Shown: one piece after another, positions 1 through 10,616 of the stretch
Layout of the letters: each line of letters starts with the position of its first letter
Position numbering within the stretch: the stretch's first letter is position 1
NCBI GenBank assembly: GCA_965218095.1
Contig: OZ244587.1
Span: 5,696,001-5,760,000, forward strand
From: Candidatus Poribacteria bacterium
Lineage (GTDB): Bacteria; Poribacteria; WGA-4E; PCPOR2b
Reading direction: 5' to 3'
Length of the DNA: 64,000 bases
Notes under the pieces: model-generated
What the model was told of the DNA's origin: nothing
The model's database searches: none
The model's input: the letters and a program-made list of their open reading frames with translations, nothing else
Translations under genes and position numbers: made by a program

Positions 1-270
1 CCAAGAGCGCATCTTATCAAGATGGATGGTCGGCTCACCGAACTCAATTCCCCAATGCGTAGCCTCGCGTGATTCTGTGAGCACCTTTGCCAGATGCAGC
101 AGGGCTTTGGATGGAATGCAACCCCGATATAGGCAGACGCCGCCGGGGTCTGGCTCCAGGTCAATCAGGGTGACCTGGAGCCCCAGATCTGTAGCCATAA
201 ATGCAGCTGTATATCCCCCCGGTCCACCACCAATAATAGCAACTTGTGTTGAATGCGTTGTTTCAGGCAT
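1..270 (-). CDS. lpdA: Dihydrolipoamide dehydrogenase (E3), N-terminal part; runs off the window
   Basis: Manual translation from ATG at 270: [24 protein letters not shown]...[16 protein letters not shown] (FAD-binding GxGxxG and redox CxxxxC); follows aceF. Confidence 0.95.
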   Translation of the reverse strand, partial: MPETTHSTQVAIIGGGPGGYTAAFMATDLGLQVTLIDLEPDPGGVCLYRGCIPSKALLHLAKVLTESREATHWGIEFGEPTIHLDKMRSW

Positions 271-291
271 AATCAATGTAATGCGGTCAGA

Positions 292-333
292 AAACGTGAT
301 GCGCGATACATATTGCGTATTGCATGATTCGTA
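292..333. repeat. Degenerate heptamer array upstream of lpdA
   Basis: AAACGTG ATGCGCG ATACATA TTGCGTA TTGCATG ATTCGTA, six 7-nt units. Confidence 0.7.
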
Positions 334-345
334 GATGTATTGATA

Positions 346-1728
346 TTAACCTTCGAGAGTCATCAGGAAAGGCTGTTCCAGTGCTTCAACCACCCATCGC
401 AGAAATCGGGCTGCATCTGCTCCATCAATCAAGCGATGGTCATAGGAAAGCGCAAGCGGTAGCATCAAGCGCGGTTGAAGCTGATCGTCGATGAAAACCG
501 CCTCGATTTGCCCACGGGCAATACCGAGAATCGCAACCTCTGGCGCATTTATGATGGGTGAGAAATTCGTGCCGCCAATGCCGCCCAAGTTCGTGATGGT
601 GAATGTTCCGCCCTGCATCTCTTCCAGACTGAGTTTCTTATTTCTGGCTTTCTCTGCAACCTGCCCCAATTCAACGGACAACGCGATGATATTTTTCCGA
701 CTTACGTCCCAAATTACTGGGACCAAGAGGCCGGCTGGCGTATCCACCGCTATCCCGATATGATAGTATTTTTTATAGATAATCTCATTGTTGTCCATAT
801 CCACGCTTGCGTTAAATTTGGGGAAAACCTTCAAAGCGGAAGCCACGACTTTCAGAATTATCGCCGTGATGGTCAGTTTGCCCCCTGCCGTTTCGGCTTT
901 GGGCTGAAATTGCTTTCGGAGACCTTCCAATTCGGTAATATCCGCCTTGTCGAAGTTGGTCACATGCGGGATAGTAGACCAAGCTGCACTCATGTGTGTT
1001 GCTGTCGCACGACGGATATTGCTCATCGCCTCCCGTTCGATTTCACCCCATTTTGAGAAATCCGGCAGAGGTGGCGCCGAGATCTGACCTGTTGGCGTGG
1101 AGGTGGAGACCGCATGCTGTGTTTCTGTGTTTATCTGTCGAGCGTAATTTTTGACATCTTCAATGGAGATTCGTCCTCCCGGACCCGTTCCCGAAACATG
1201 GTGAAGGTCGATCCCAATTTCCCGCGCAAAACGACGGACAGATGGCGCGGCTGGAGTAATTTGGGAGGGTATTTTCGGTGGTGAGAGTTCCACGTCACTA
1301 GGTGGAAGTCTGTCTGGTTGAACCTGTTGCGCCGAAGAGCTCAAGGGGATGGCAGGCTGTGCCCTTACTGCCGGAGTTTCAGGGGGTTGCGGTATTTCAG
1401 TGGGCGCTTCTATGACCGGGGTTTCGCGGGTTGTATCGGGCTTGTGGGGCTCAACATCTTCCGTAGTCTCGGCGACTGTTTCGCCCACGACCGCTGTATC
1501 GACCGTCAGAATCGGTTGACCGACTTCGGCTGTTCCGCCCTCTTCTACGTGAATCTTCGTGACGACGCCACTCACGGAAGAAGGCACCTCGATTGCGGCC
1601 TTATCCGTTTCAATTTCCAATACCGGTTGATCTTCTTCGATGGCATCACCTGCGGACACCAGAATCGTCACGACATCGCAGGATTCAATGTTTTCACCGA
1701 GTTCCGGGAGTTTAAATTCTGTTATCAT
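346..1728 (-). CDS. aceF: Pyruvate dehydrogenase E2, dihydrolipoamide acetyltransferase (single lipoyl domain)
   Basis: ETDKA lipoyl motif, E3-binding domain (PSVRRFARE...GTGPGGRI), catalytic DHRLIDG. Confidence 0.93.
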   Translation of the reverse strand: MITEFKLPELGENIESCDVVTILVSAGDAIEEDQPVLEIETDKAAIEVPSSVSGVVTKIHVEEGGTAEVGQPILTVDTAVVGETVAETTEDVEPHKPDTTRETPVIEAPTEIPQPPETPAVRAQPAIPLSSSAQQVQPDRLPPSDVELSPPKIPSQITPAAPSVRRFAREIGIDLHHVSGTGPGGRISIEDVKNYARQINTETQHAVSTSTPTGQISAPPLPDFSKWGEIEREAMSNIRRATATHMSAAWSTIPHVTNFDKADITELEGLRKQFQPKAETAGGKLTITAIILKVVASALKVFPKFNASVDMDNNEIIYKKYYHIGIAVDTPAGLLVPVIWDVSRKNIIALSVELGQVAEKARNKKLSLEEMQGGTFTITNLGGIGGTNFSPIINAPEVAILGIARGQIEAVFIDDQLQPRLMLPLALSYDHRLIDGADAARFLRWVVEALEQPFLMTLEG

Positions 1729-1742
1729 ATCAATTATCCGTA

Positions 1743-1770
1743 ATGTGTAAAACGTGAAACGTGATGCGTG
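1743..1770. repeat. Degenerate heptamer array upstream of aceF
   Basis: ATGTGTA AAACGTG AAACGTG ATGCGTG. Confidence 0.7.
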
Positions 1771-2316
1771 AAGATGGGTATTGGGGTTATGTTGTTCGGA
1801 GATAGATTAACTCCACTGTGCGAGTCTATTCACCAAGGTCTGTACCCACAAAACTTTTGAACCTTAGCTCCCTCATTCTTCCAGTAAACTTGAATGCTTT
1901 GAAGTTGTTGTATTGAGGATAGTTACCAGATACAACTAACTCACCATTGATATATAATTTGAAAACACTCCCTTTTTATGAGTTTTCAGTTGATTGTCTT
2001 GATTCCTACCGAAGTTACAGGCTTTCATAGAATCTGCCTCAGGGAATTGAAATATACCTGAACGTTTATGGTAAACCTTAAAATGTTGAATTTTCTGTAA
2101 TGGTCAATAGGATGATCGACACTTTTGCTCGCCAAATCCAAGCCGCAAATTGTAGGAGATAATGTCCACCATCTTCCTGACCAATACAGTTTTTCGGAAA
2201 GTTCCTGAATCTGCGCTTTGATCTCCGCGACATCGTTTTCTAAATGTCCAAGTTTTGTGAGAATCTTCTTGAGAATGGCTTCGATTCCGAATTCCTCTTG
2301 TTTTCGAGTTCGAAAA

Positions 2317-5010
2317 TCAACTGGCAAAAGGATCCGGTTTCTCTGGATTAGTCTCTAATTCCCGAATCGCTTGCTGAACTGTGTCGAACGAAATCTGCCC
2401 CTCGCGTGCTAGGGCGTTGAGTGTTCCCAACGTGATAAACCGGGCGTCCACCTCAAAGAAATCGCGGAGCGCCTCCCGACTTTCGCTCCTGCCGAATCCG
2501 TCTGTCCCCAACGAGACAAGCGGTTTGGGAAACCATCGGGCAATCGAGTCCGGCAGTGATTTCATGTAATCGGAAGCTGCGACAAAGACACCCGGTGCGT
2601 CCCCAACACACTGACTCACATAAGGCGCTCTCGATGGTTCGGACGGATGGAGCATGTTCCAACGCTCCACGGCATGTCCGTCACGATAAAGTTCTTTATA
2701 GCTGGTGATACTCCACACATCCGCGGCGACGTTGTATTGTTCTTCAAGAATCTTCTGGGCTTTGAGAACCTCATTTAAGATTGCCCCGCTTCCGAAAAGT
2801 TGTGCGTGAAGGTGTGTGTCCTTTTTATCTGACGCTTTGTACCTGTACATTCCCTTGAGGATGCCATCTTTGACCCCATCGGGCATTGGTGGCATAGCAT
2901 ACGGTTCATTCTCTACAGTCAGGTAGTAGAAGATGTCTTCCTGCTCTTCGTACATTCGACGAATACCATCGCGAATGATGACAGCCAATTCGTAAGCAAA
3001 TGCGGGATCGTAAGTGACAAGGTTTGGGACGGCGTATGCTGTCAGGTGACTATGTCCATCCTGATGTTGGAGTCCTTCGCCAGCCAGCGTGGTGCGTCCC
3101 GCCGTTCCACCGAGCAGAAAGCCACGACAACGCATATCGCCGGCAGCCCAGATTAGGTCGCCAATTCGCTGGAATCCGAACATGGAGTAATAGATAAAGA
3201 ACGGAATGGTATTGATTCCATGAATGGCGTGAGCGGCACCTGCGGCGATAAACGATGCCATCGAACCGGCTTCCGTGATTCCCTCTTCCAAGATCTGCCC
3301 ATCTTGGGCTTCCCTGTAATAGAGCAAGGTATCCGCATCGACAGGTTCATAAAGCTGGCCAACGTGAGAGTAAATCCCAACCTGGCGAAACAGCGCCTCC
3401 ATTCCGAAAGTACGGGCTTCGTCAGGAACAATGGGAACGATCAGCTTCCCGATCTTCTTATCGCGAAGCAGTCTAGCGAGAATTCGCACAAAGGCGAAAG
3501 TTGTGGAAACCTCACGCCCTTTGGACCCTTTGTAAAACTCTTCAAATACCGACTCTGGCGGTATCTTGAGAGGAGTAACTGTGGCAGTACGGCTTGGCAC
3601 ATAACCACCGAATTTCCGCCGGCGTTCGTGCAAATACCGCATTTCGGAACTATCCTCTGGCGGCTTATAAAAAGGTGCATCGGCAACTTCCTCATCTGGA
3701 ATAGGGATGCCAAACCGGGTGCGAAATTCCCTCAGTTCGTCCTCATTTAGCTTCTTCTGCTGATGGGTGATATTCTTGCCCTCCCCGCTTTCACCGAGTC
3801 CGTACCCTTTGATTGTTTTTGCCAGGATAACGGTGGGCGAGCCCTCGTGTTCAACTGCGGCTTTGTAGGCATTATAGATCTTCTCGGGATCGTGTCCACC
3901 GCGCCTCAGCTTGATTAACTGTTCATCAGAAATATGTTCGACCAATTCCAGCAGACGAGGATATGCGCCAAAAAAGTGTTCACGGAGATATCGCCCAGCC
4001 TCCGTTCCAGATCCGGCCTTATACTTTTGATACTGTCCGTCTACAACTTCGTTCATCCGCTTCACCAGGAGGTCGCCGTGGTCTTTGGCAAACAACGGGT
4101 CCCAGTCAGTTCCCCAAATCACTTTGATCACATTCCAGCCAGCCCCACGAAAAATGGCTTCTAACTCTTGAATGATTTTCCCGTTGCCGCGTACCGGACC
4201 ATCGATCCGCTGCAGGTTGCAGTTAATCACAAAGATTAGATTATCCAGTTCCTCACGGGACGCAAGGGTAATCGCCCCAAGGGTTTCCGGCTCATCAGTC
4301 TCGCCATCCCCCAAAAATGCCCATACCTTTCTTCCGGTGTCTTCTTTTAGACCGCGATCTTCGAGATAACGATTAAAACGCGCCTGATAAATTGCCTGGA
4401 TCGGGCTCAGGCCCATGGAGACAGTTGGAAATTCCCAAAAGCCGGGCATCAACCACGGATGGGGATATGAAGAGAGACCGCCCCCCGTTTGTAACTCACG
4501 CCGAAAGTTTTCCAACTGCTGCTTAGATAGGCGTCCCTCCAGAAAAGCCCGTGCATAAATCCCCGGCGCAGCATGCCCTTGAAAATAGACCTGATCGCCG
4601 GCCTCCTCCTCTCCATGCGCCCGGAAGAAGTGGTTGAAGCCGACCTCATATAGCGTTGCCGCTGAGGCATAGGTCGAAATATGTCCACCGATCCCATCAA
4701 CCTGTTTGTTAGCACGAACAACCATGGCCATTGCGTTCCAGCGAACCACATTTTTGATACGCCGCTCGATTTCTCGACTGCCGGGGAAAGGGACTTCCTT
4801 CTCAGGAGGGATGGTGTTGATGTAGGGTGTATTCGCGGTGAATGGCGATCGGACGCCAAATTGAAATGCGTGAAGGTTCAACATATTGAGGAGGCGCTGA
4901 ACCCGCTCTGGACCACCACTTTCGAGTACGTACTCCAGAGACTCAAGCCACTCAAGATTTTCAATAATTTCTGTTTCAGGACTTTCGTTATGATTTACTT
5001 TGTCATTCAT
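2317..5010 (-). CDS. aceE: Pyruvate dehydrogenase E1, homodimeric type
   Basis: GGHISTYAS, GLSSYPHPWLMP, TPP motif GDGETDEPE...NCNLQR, GEGLQHQDGHS; ATG at 5010 preferred. Confidence 0.96.
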   Translation of the reverse strand: MNDKVNHNESPETEIIENLEWLESLEYVLESGGPERVQRLLNMLNLHAFQFGVRSPFTANTPYINTIPPEKEVPFPGSREIERRIKNVVRWNAMAMVVRANKQVDGIGGHISTYASAATLYEVGFNHFFRAHGEEEAGDQVYFQGHAAPGIYARAFLEGRLSKQQLENFRRELQTGGGLSSYPHPWLMPGFWEFPTVSMGLSPIQAIYQARFNRYLEDRGLKEDTGRKVWAFLGDGETDEPETLGAITLASREELDNLIFVINCNLQRIDGPVRGNGKIIQELEAIFRGAGWNVIKVIWGTDWDPLFAKDHGDLLVKRMNEVVDGQYQKYKAGSGTEAGRYLREHFFGAYPRLLELVEHISDEQLIKLRRGGHDPEKIYNAYKAAVEHEGSPTVILAKTIKGYGLGESGEGKNITHQQKKLNEDELREFRTRFGIPIPDEEVADAPFYKPPEDSSEMRYLHERRRKFGGYVPSRTATVTPLKIPPESVFEEFYKGSKGREVSTTFAFVRILARLLRDKKIGKLIVPIVPDEARTFGMEALFRQVGIYSHVGQLYEPVDADTLLYYREAQDGQILEEGITEAGSMASFIAAGAAHAIHGINTIPFFIYYSMFGFQRIGDLIWAAGDMRCRGFLLGGTAGRTTLAGEGLQHQDGHSHLTAYAVPNLVTYDPAFAYELAVIIRDGIRRMYEEQEDIFYYLTVENEPYAMPPMPDGVKDGILKGMYRYKASDKKDTHLHAQLFGSGAILNEVLKAQKILEEQYNVAADVWSITSYKELYRDGHAVERWNMLHPSEPSRAPYVSQCVGDAPGVFVAASDYMKSLPDSIARWFPKPLVSLGTDGFGRSESREALRDFFEVDARFITLGTLNALAREGQISFDTVQQAIRELETNPEKPDPFAS

Positions 5011-5072
5011 CTTTATGATTCCTTCTGTCAAACTTGCACGTCCCCCGGCTTTGAAAATAATCGAATTAGCTA

Positions 5073-5856
5073 GGACGTGTTGACATTTATGGCATAATAA
5101 CGATATGTCAACACTTACCTTATCCGATAATCAATGGTCAAAAATAGCAGCATTCCTGCAAACCTGTTCCGATGTCTACACCGGACAGCAAGCGAACTTA
5201 AAACGTTTTGTCCAAGCAGTGCTTTGGATAACTCGTAGTGGTAGTCAATGGCGACTCCTACCAAAAGAGTACGGCAGTTGGAACAGCGTCTATAAACGAT
5301 TCGCTTGCTGGTGCGATAAAGGCATCTTCCAACGGTTGCATCAACACTTTGTCAACGACCCAGATATGGTGACAGTACCATCATCCACGCTCACCCCTGT
5401 GCTGCAGGGGCTTTGAAAACAAGTGGTGGTCAAGCCTCACAGGCACTCGGATGTAGTGCGGGTGGATTTTCAACCAAAATTCACATCACGGTTGATGGCT
5501 TAGGCAATCCATTACGTTTTGCGCTGACGGCTGGACAACGCCACGCCATGACTTGTGCGGAAGGGTATAGCAGTGAGTATGTGATAGCCGACTCAGCGTA
5601 TGACGCGGATTCATTGGTGCAGTTGATAATCCGTATGGGTGCAGAGCTAGTGATTCGTCCCCGTATCAACCACCGTGAGTCACGAGACTATGATACGCAT
5701 CTGTACCGAGAGAGACATCGGGTGGAATGCTTCATCAACAAAATCAAGCACTATAGGCGTATCTTCAGTCGTTTTGATAAGTTGGCGGGTCGCTATTTGG
5801 GGTTTCTGAGTTTCGTTGCTGCGATTATCTGGTTACGATGAAATGTCAACAGAACC
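5073..5856 (+). mobile_element. IS5-family element type A, copy 1; transposase frameshifted
   Basis: Ends GGACGTGTTGACATTT / AAATGTCAACAGAACC flanked by TA; QWRLLP...YKRF and GGFSTKIH...YRERHRVECFINKIK motifs; a deletion after DPDM puts DSTIIHAH out of frame. Confidence 0.92.
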
Positions 5857-6222
5857 TACTCATTACTGACCTTTTGCATAATCCGTGGAGTAGTTTCGAG
5901 AATTATGGGAACCGGAAACTGAACTTGGGAGCCAGGGAGGACACAAAAGTAATCAGAATTGGGCGCTGGGGGTGCGGGACTTCTCGGCTTGTTGGGTGTG
6001 ACGTGAGATGAAATCGTATAATTGAAGGGGGCCGGTATGATGGCGGTGTTGTCCTGCTCGGCTATAAATCGAATTTGATACTGAACTCAAAGGCTCATGG
6101 TGAAATTGAATGAGTTCAAATACAACGTCAATCCGATAATCAGTCAAAACAGGCAGCCATAGGAAGTGACCAAGAATATCCTGCCGCTGCTTCAAAGCGG
6201 GAGCGTCTGCCACGATACATTT

Positions 6223-7287
6223 CTACGAATCCGCCGATTTTTCATCGATTTGGATAAGTTGAGCCTCCAGTTTAGCGACACGCTGCTGAAGTCGTGCAAA
6301 TTCGTGTAGGATCTCTGGCATTCTGCGGAGGGAGGCTTGTATGCGCAGTTCGTGTGCATGCGGTTTGGCTGGAAAACCAGACACGTAACTTCCTGCTGGC
6401 ACGTCTTTCGTCACGCCTGATTTGGCAAATACGGTGCTATCCTCGCCAATGGTGGTATGTCCAACAACGCCGGAGTGTCCAGCCATTGTTACACGGTCCT
6501 TCAGCTTGCTGCTGCCAGCCAACGCAGATTGCGCGACGATAATACAGTCTTCGCCGACCACAACATTATGAGCGATCTGCACCAGATTATCCACCTTGGT
6601 GCCCTGCTTGATGATGGTCGCACCGTTGGCCATCGTGGCGCGGTCAACGGTTGTGTTGGCGCCGATTTCAACGTCATCTTTAATGATGACCGTTCCGATC
6701 TGCGGGATTTTATGGTGACGGTCACTGACGGACGCGAAACCGAAGCCATCGCTGCCGATGACCGCGCCGCTGTGAAGTATGACCCGACTCCCAATCTCGA
6801 TATCTTCACGAATTGTCACATTAGGGTAAATGAGAACGTCCGCCCCGATCTTGACGTCATCGCCGATGTATACAAATGGACTGATAATCGTCCCGTCGCC
6901 GATTTGGACATTTTCACCGACGTACGTATGGGCTTGAACGGAGACCATCTCGCCGATTTGGACGTTATCGCCGATTATCGCCGTTTCGTGGATGCCGTAC
7001 TCGGTTTTCCGCTTACGCCACGCAAACAATTCCAATACCCGAACAAAGGCGTAGTACGGATTGGCAACGCGGATAAGCGGCTTGCCGCTGTAGGCGGTGT
7101 CTTGCCCAACAATAATCGCGGAAGCCTGCGTACGCGCTATCTCTTGCAGGTATTTCGAGTTGGCGATAAACGTGATTTCATGTTCTCTCGCTTCCTTGAT
7201 CCCCGAAACGCCTATAATCTCAATCTCACCGTCACCTAACAACTCCCCATCGATTAATTCACCAATTTCTTTTAGTTTTTTTATCAT
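6223..7287 (-). CDS. lpxD: UDP-3-O-acyl-glucosamine N-acyltransferase
   Basis: Hexapeptide repeats, GSDGFGF, GANTTVDR, KVDNLVQIAHN; downstream of skp. Confidence 0.96.
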   Translation of the reverse strand: MIKKLKEIGELIDGELLGDGEIEIIGVSGIKEAREHEITFIANSKYLQEIARTQASAIIVGQDTAYSGKPLIRVANPYYAFVRVLELFAWRKRKTEYGIHETAIIGDNVQIGEMVSVQAHTYVGENVQIGDGTIISPFVYIGDDVKIGADVLIYPNVTIREDIEIGSRVILHSGAVIGSDGFGFASVSDRHHKIPQIGTVIIKDDVEIGANTTVDRATMANGATIIKQGTKVDNLVQIAHNVVVGEDCIIVAQSALAGSSKLKDRVTMAGHSGVVGHTTIGEDSTVFAKSGVTKDVPAGSYVSGFPAKPHAHELRIQASLRRMPEILHEFARLQQRVAKLEAQLIQIDEKSADS

Positions 7288-7311
7288 AATTGCCTAGGGT
7301 GGAAAATAAGA

Positions 7312-7501
7312 CCCGTATTCCGCACCCCATGAATACTGGGTTTGTGACCATTTTGGAGGCCAAAAACACCGTTTTTTCGCGCAACTCGAATAAAATCCAC
7401 GATCCAATCGGATTGTCAAAAATTGAAGAACTCAGTATCCATACTGGTTTACAGGATTTCAATAAATGCCGGAAACCCCAAAAACAGGTGCGGAATGTAG
7501 G
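7312..7501. mobile_element. 190-bp MITE with IS1634-like ends and 6-bp target duplication
   Basis: Ends CCCGTATTCCGCACC / GGTGCGGAATGTAGG (12/15 inverted match); ATAAGA repeated at 7306-7311 and 7502-7507. Confidence 0.8.
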
Positions 7502-7519
7502 ATAAGAGGGCTTGAATTA

Positions 7520-8131
7520 TTAATTATTTTTTCCCCCTTTTTTCCCGGTCTCCTTTTCAGGGGGAGTAGACGACTGTTTTGAATTCTTCAATATCTCCTG
7601 GTCATGTTGATCGTTCAGTAACTTGAGAACTCTTTCTGTTAAGTCATATTTTGCATCCACATAAAGCGTTACCAAGCGTTTCTCAAGAATAAGGCTATAC
7701 CCTTCACTTTTACCGATCTGTTGAAGCAAATCTTCTATTGCTTTCGTAAGTGGTTCAAACAATTCCTTCTGTTTCGCTAGAATCGATTCTTGACCAATTT
7801 CCAGTTCACGCTGGAGTTCTTGCTTCTTGAGACGAATGTCATTTTCCAGCGTTTCCGTCTCCGGATTATCAAGAAACAGCTTTTGCTTCGTCAGGCGTTC
7901 TTCCATCGTTTTGATTTCGTTCTGAATGTCTTTGAGTTGATTCGTTAACCGATTCTCTGCGGTTTTCAGAATTTCAATTGCTTCCTGGGCTTTTCTAAAG
8001 TTCTCAAATACCTTTTGTGTGTCAACGACGCCCAATTTGAAGCTATTTTGCGCTGCAACCTCAAAATTCAAAAAGAACAATCCGATTAAAGCAACGCCAA
8101 GTAAAAGATAAAATCTCGAAATTCTAGTCAT
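7520..8131 (-). CDS. skp: OmpH/Skp periplasmic chaperone
   Basis: Signal peptide, KLGVVD start, coiled-coil body, DLTERVL end; between bamA and lpxD. Confidence 0.9.
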   Translation of the reverse strand: MTRISRFYLLLGVALIGLFFLNFEVAAQNSFKLGVVDTQKVFENFRKAQEAIEILKTAENRLTNQLKDIQNEIKTMEERLTKQKLFLDNPETETLENDIRLKKQELQRELEIGQESILAKQKELFEPLTKAIEDLLQQIGKSEGYSLILEKRLVTLYVDAKYDLTERVLKLLNDQHDQEILKNSKQSSTPPEKETGKKGGKNN

Positions 8132-8163
8132 AACTTTATATCCTTGTGCTCCACAAGAGAGTT

Positions 8164-10494
8164 CTAAAAACCCGGACCAATGGTGAAGTGAAATTTCCCC
8201 CTTGGTTCTTTACGTCCGTCAATTTCTCGATCAAACCCATATCCCCATTCGAGACGTGCTAACATACCCATCAGGTCAAAGCGAACACCTACCCCTATCC
8301 CTTTCTTGAGGTCAATATCTCTGAAGATACTATCGGTGCTTTCATCCCACACCTGCCCAATATCGAAGAATACGACGCCACTCAACTGATTAGCCAGTGG
8401 AATCCGATATTCAAAATTTGCGTAGAAGACCTTATTGCCACCGTTTGGGTTGTTACTGTTCGGGAGGATTTCATAATCCTCATAACCACGAATTGTATCA
8501 ATTCCGCCAAGCAGATAACGCTCAAAGAAAAGGAAGGTGCTTGCGGTGCGTCTGCTGTCCAGATATGCCCCGCGCACATGAGTTGCAAAGACCGTGTTAT
8601 GCCATGTCTTCAGGAACCAGCTTGAATCTGCCGTATACTTTTGAAATTCATTGTCCGCGCTGAGAAAGCCACCGGAGTATTCATACGAAACGGTATTAAG
8701 CGAGCCTGACACAGGTTCATAGAGGCTCCTCAGATAGTTACGAGTGTCCCTGGCCAGCACGAAAGTAATGCTGCGGGTTGTGCGATCCGTAATTTCCTCA
8801 AGATCTGATCGCCTTGCATCCACATCCTCATTTTTGAGGCGAATCGAGAAATCCGCGTTTTTGCTAATCGGGCGCCCAACCGTCAAAGAAGCGCCTTTGC
8901 GCTTATAAGTATATCGATCGTAACCCCGATCGCGGAAGATTTTGCCATAGTATCGACGAACCCTCTGGGTGTTGTACAGACTGATGTTGAGACTGGTCGG
9001 TGTCCCAAGCATCCATGGGGTACTGAAGCGGAGTTCGGCGGTATGCCGATCTCGAGCGCCTAACTCACCTTTCAGATGCACGCGATAAGCGCGTCCGAAG
9101 AGATTATTCTCGCCAATCTCCGCCACACCAAAGATGCCGCCCTCCGTGCCATAACCACCACCGAGACTGAATAACCCGGTACGAGGCGTTTCTGTGATGT
9201 TGACAATCAGATCGCGATTACTGCGATCCGAATCACTCGGAACAAAGTGAACATTCCGAATGAATGAACCCATCTGAAAAATCCGTTGGTGCGCTTTACG
9301 CAGGGCTTGGTCGTCAAAGAATTTACCCGGCTTGATATCCAATCGATTTAACTCACGCCGTATCACGTTATCCTTTGTCTTCTCTAAACCGTTGATATGC
9401 ACCTGATCAATGATGATAACGTCGCCTTCATTGATTTTCAGCGTCATATTCACAATGCCGTTAGTTTCATCAAAATCGGGAATTGCCTCCACGTCTGCTA
9501 GAAGATATCCTTTATCCCGATAGGCTTGCCGAATCTTATCAAGATTTTCATCAAACGCGCGAAGACTGAAAATCTCTCCTTCAACCGAATGCAGCATCTT
9601 ACGAACCTTTATCTCAGAAAATGCAGGCTTCTCGGATTCTTCAATTTCAACCTTATACGTTCCGATGATAAACTGTGTGCCCTCATCAACCGCAATATCA
9701 AGCATTAATCCTGTTTTATCATCAGAAAACTGTTTCTCATGATTGGAGACCCTTGCATGGTAGAAACCTTGATCTTGATAGTATTGCACTAAAGCAGTCA
9801 GATCTTGATCAAAGAAGCCTTCATCGAAATGCTTCCCTACACGCGTTTTCATCTGTTTGCTAAGTGCTTTTGAGGACATATTATAATTGTCAATGAAATT
9901 AATCTCCTCAACTTTAATCCGTTGTCCTTCCGTGATATCGAATGTCACCTGTACTGTATTCTCGTCCGGGTTTACATCAGTATACGTTTGTACCTCTGCC
10001 AGATAATAGCCCGCTTCTTTGTATACTTTCAGAACATTCCGCTTGCTTTCCCAGAGGCCTAGATCGCTGTAAAGTTCTCCGGGTTTTAGGGTAACGGCCT
10101 CTTTTATTTTTTTATACTTCAACTTTTCGTTACCGATGATGTTAATGCTACCTTCAACCTTCGGATTTCCGGTGAGTTGATAAATGACCTCTAATCCACT
10201 CCCGTTAGCAGGTTCAACATCAATGTCTATATCGGCGAAAAAGCCTATTTTATAAAGTTCTTTAATATCCTTTGATAACAGGTCAGGAGAAATCTCCTCG
10301 CCAACTTTGGTCTGTACGATTGCGTGAAGCATATCCTCTGTTCCGCTGTCTGTTCCTCGAAACGAGAGCTTGTTCACAATTAAGGCATTATCGCTTCCCG
10401 TAGTTTTGGTTTCATCAGCAACAGTAGGTACTAGGGGCAAAATTATCCCTACCATTGCAGCTAACAAACCGATCTGCCAGCCTATCAATTTCAT
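8164..10494 (-). CDS. bamA: Outer membrane protein assembly factor BamA
   Basis: POTRA repeats (KTKDNVIRRE), IRGY motif, C-terminal FHFTIGPGF. Confidence 0.93.
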   Translation of the reverse strand: MKLIGWQIGLLAAMVGIILPLVPTVADETKTTGSDNALIVNKLSFRGTDSGTEDMLHAIVQTKVGEEISPDLLSKDIKELYKIGFFADIDIDVEPANGSGLEVIYQLTGNPKVEGSINIIGNEKLKYKKIKEAVTLKPGELYSDLGLWESKRNVLKVYKEAGYYLAEVQTYTDVNPDENTVQVTFDITEGQRIKVEEINFIDNYNMSSKALSKQMKTRVGKHFDEGFFDQDLTALVQYYQDQGFYHARVSNHEKQFSDDKTGLMLDIAVDEGTQFIIGTYKVEIEESEKPAFSEIKVRKMLHSVEGEIFSLRAFDENLDKIRQAYRDKGYLLADVEAIPDFDETNGIVNMTLKINEGDVIIIDQVHINGLEKTKDNVIRRELNRLDIKPGKFFDDQALRKAHQRIFQMGSFIRNVHFVPSDSDRSNRDLIVNITETPRTGLFSLGGGYGTEGGIFGVAEIGENNLFGRAYRVHLKGELGARDRHTAELRFSTPWMLGTPTSLNISLYNTQRVRRYYGKIFRDRGYDRYTYKRKGASLTVGRPISKNADFSIRLKNEDVDARRSDLEEITDRTTRSITFVLARDTRNYLRSLYEPVSGSLNTVSYEYSGGFLSADNEFQKYTADSSWFLKTWHNTVFATHVRGAYLDSRRTASTFLFFERYLLGGIDTIRGYEDYEILPNSNNPNGGNKVFYANFEYRIPLANQLSGVVFFDIGQVWDESTDSIFRDIDLKKGIGVGVRFDLMGMLARLEWGYGFDREIDGRKEPRGKFHFTIGPGF

Positions 10495-10616
10495 TCCTTT
10501 CATCCTCCATTTTGTAATGCACACAGTGGCAAAGCCCGCATTTGACGTTTTACGCTTTTCACAGCTTGAGTGAGACGAAATCTCCCGATAGATCGGAGCA
10601 ATCGGAATAGGACTGT

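Noticed and set aside
5953-6213. 86-aa ORF after lpxD
   Set aside because: No motif or clear RBS; cannot support it as a gene.
6457-7239. 260-aa plus-strand ORF and similar long antisense ORFs (21446-22090, 53266-53922)
   Set aside because: Shadows of well-supported genes on the opposite strand.
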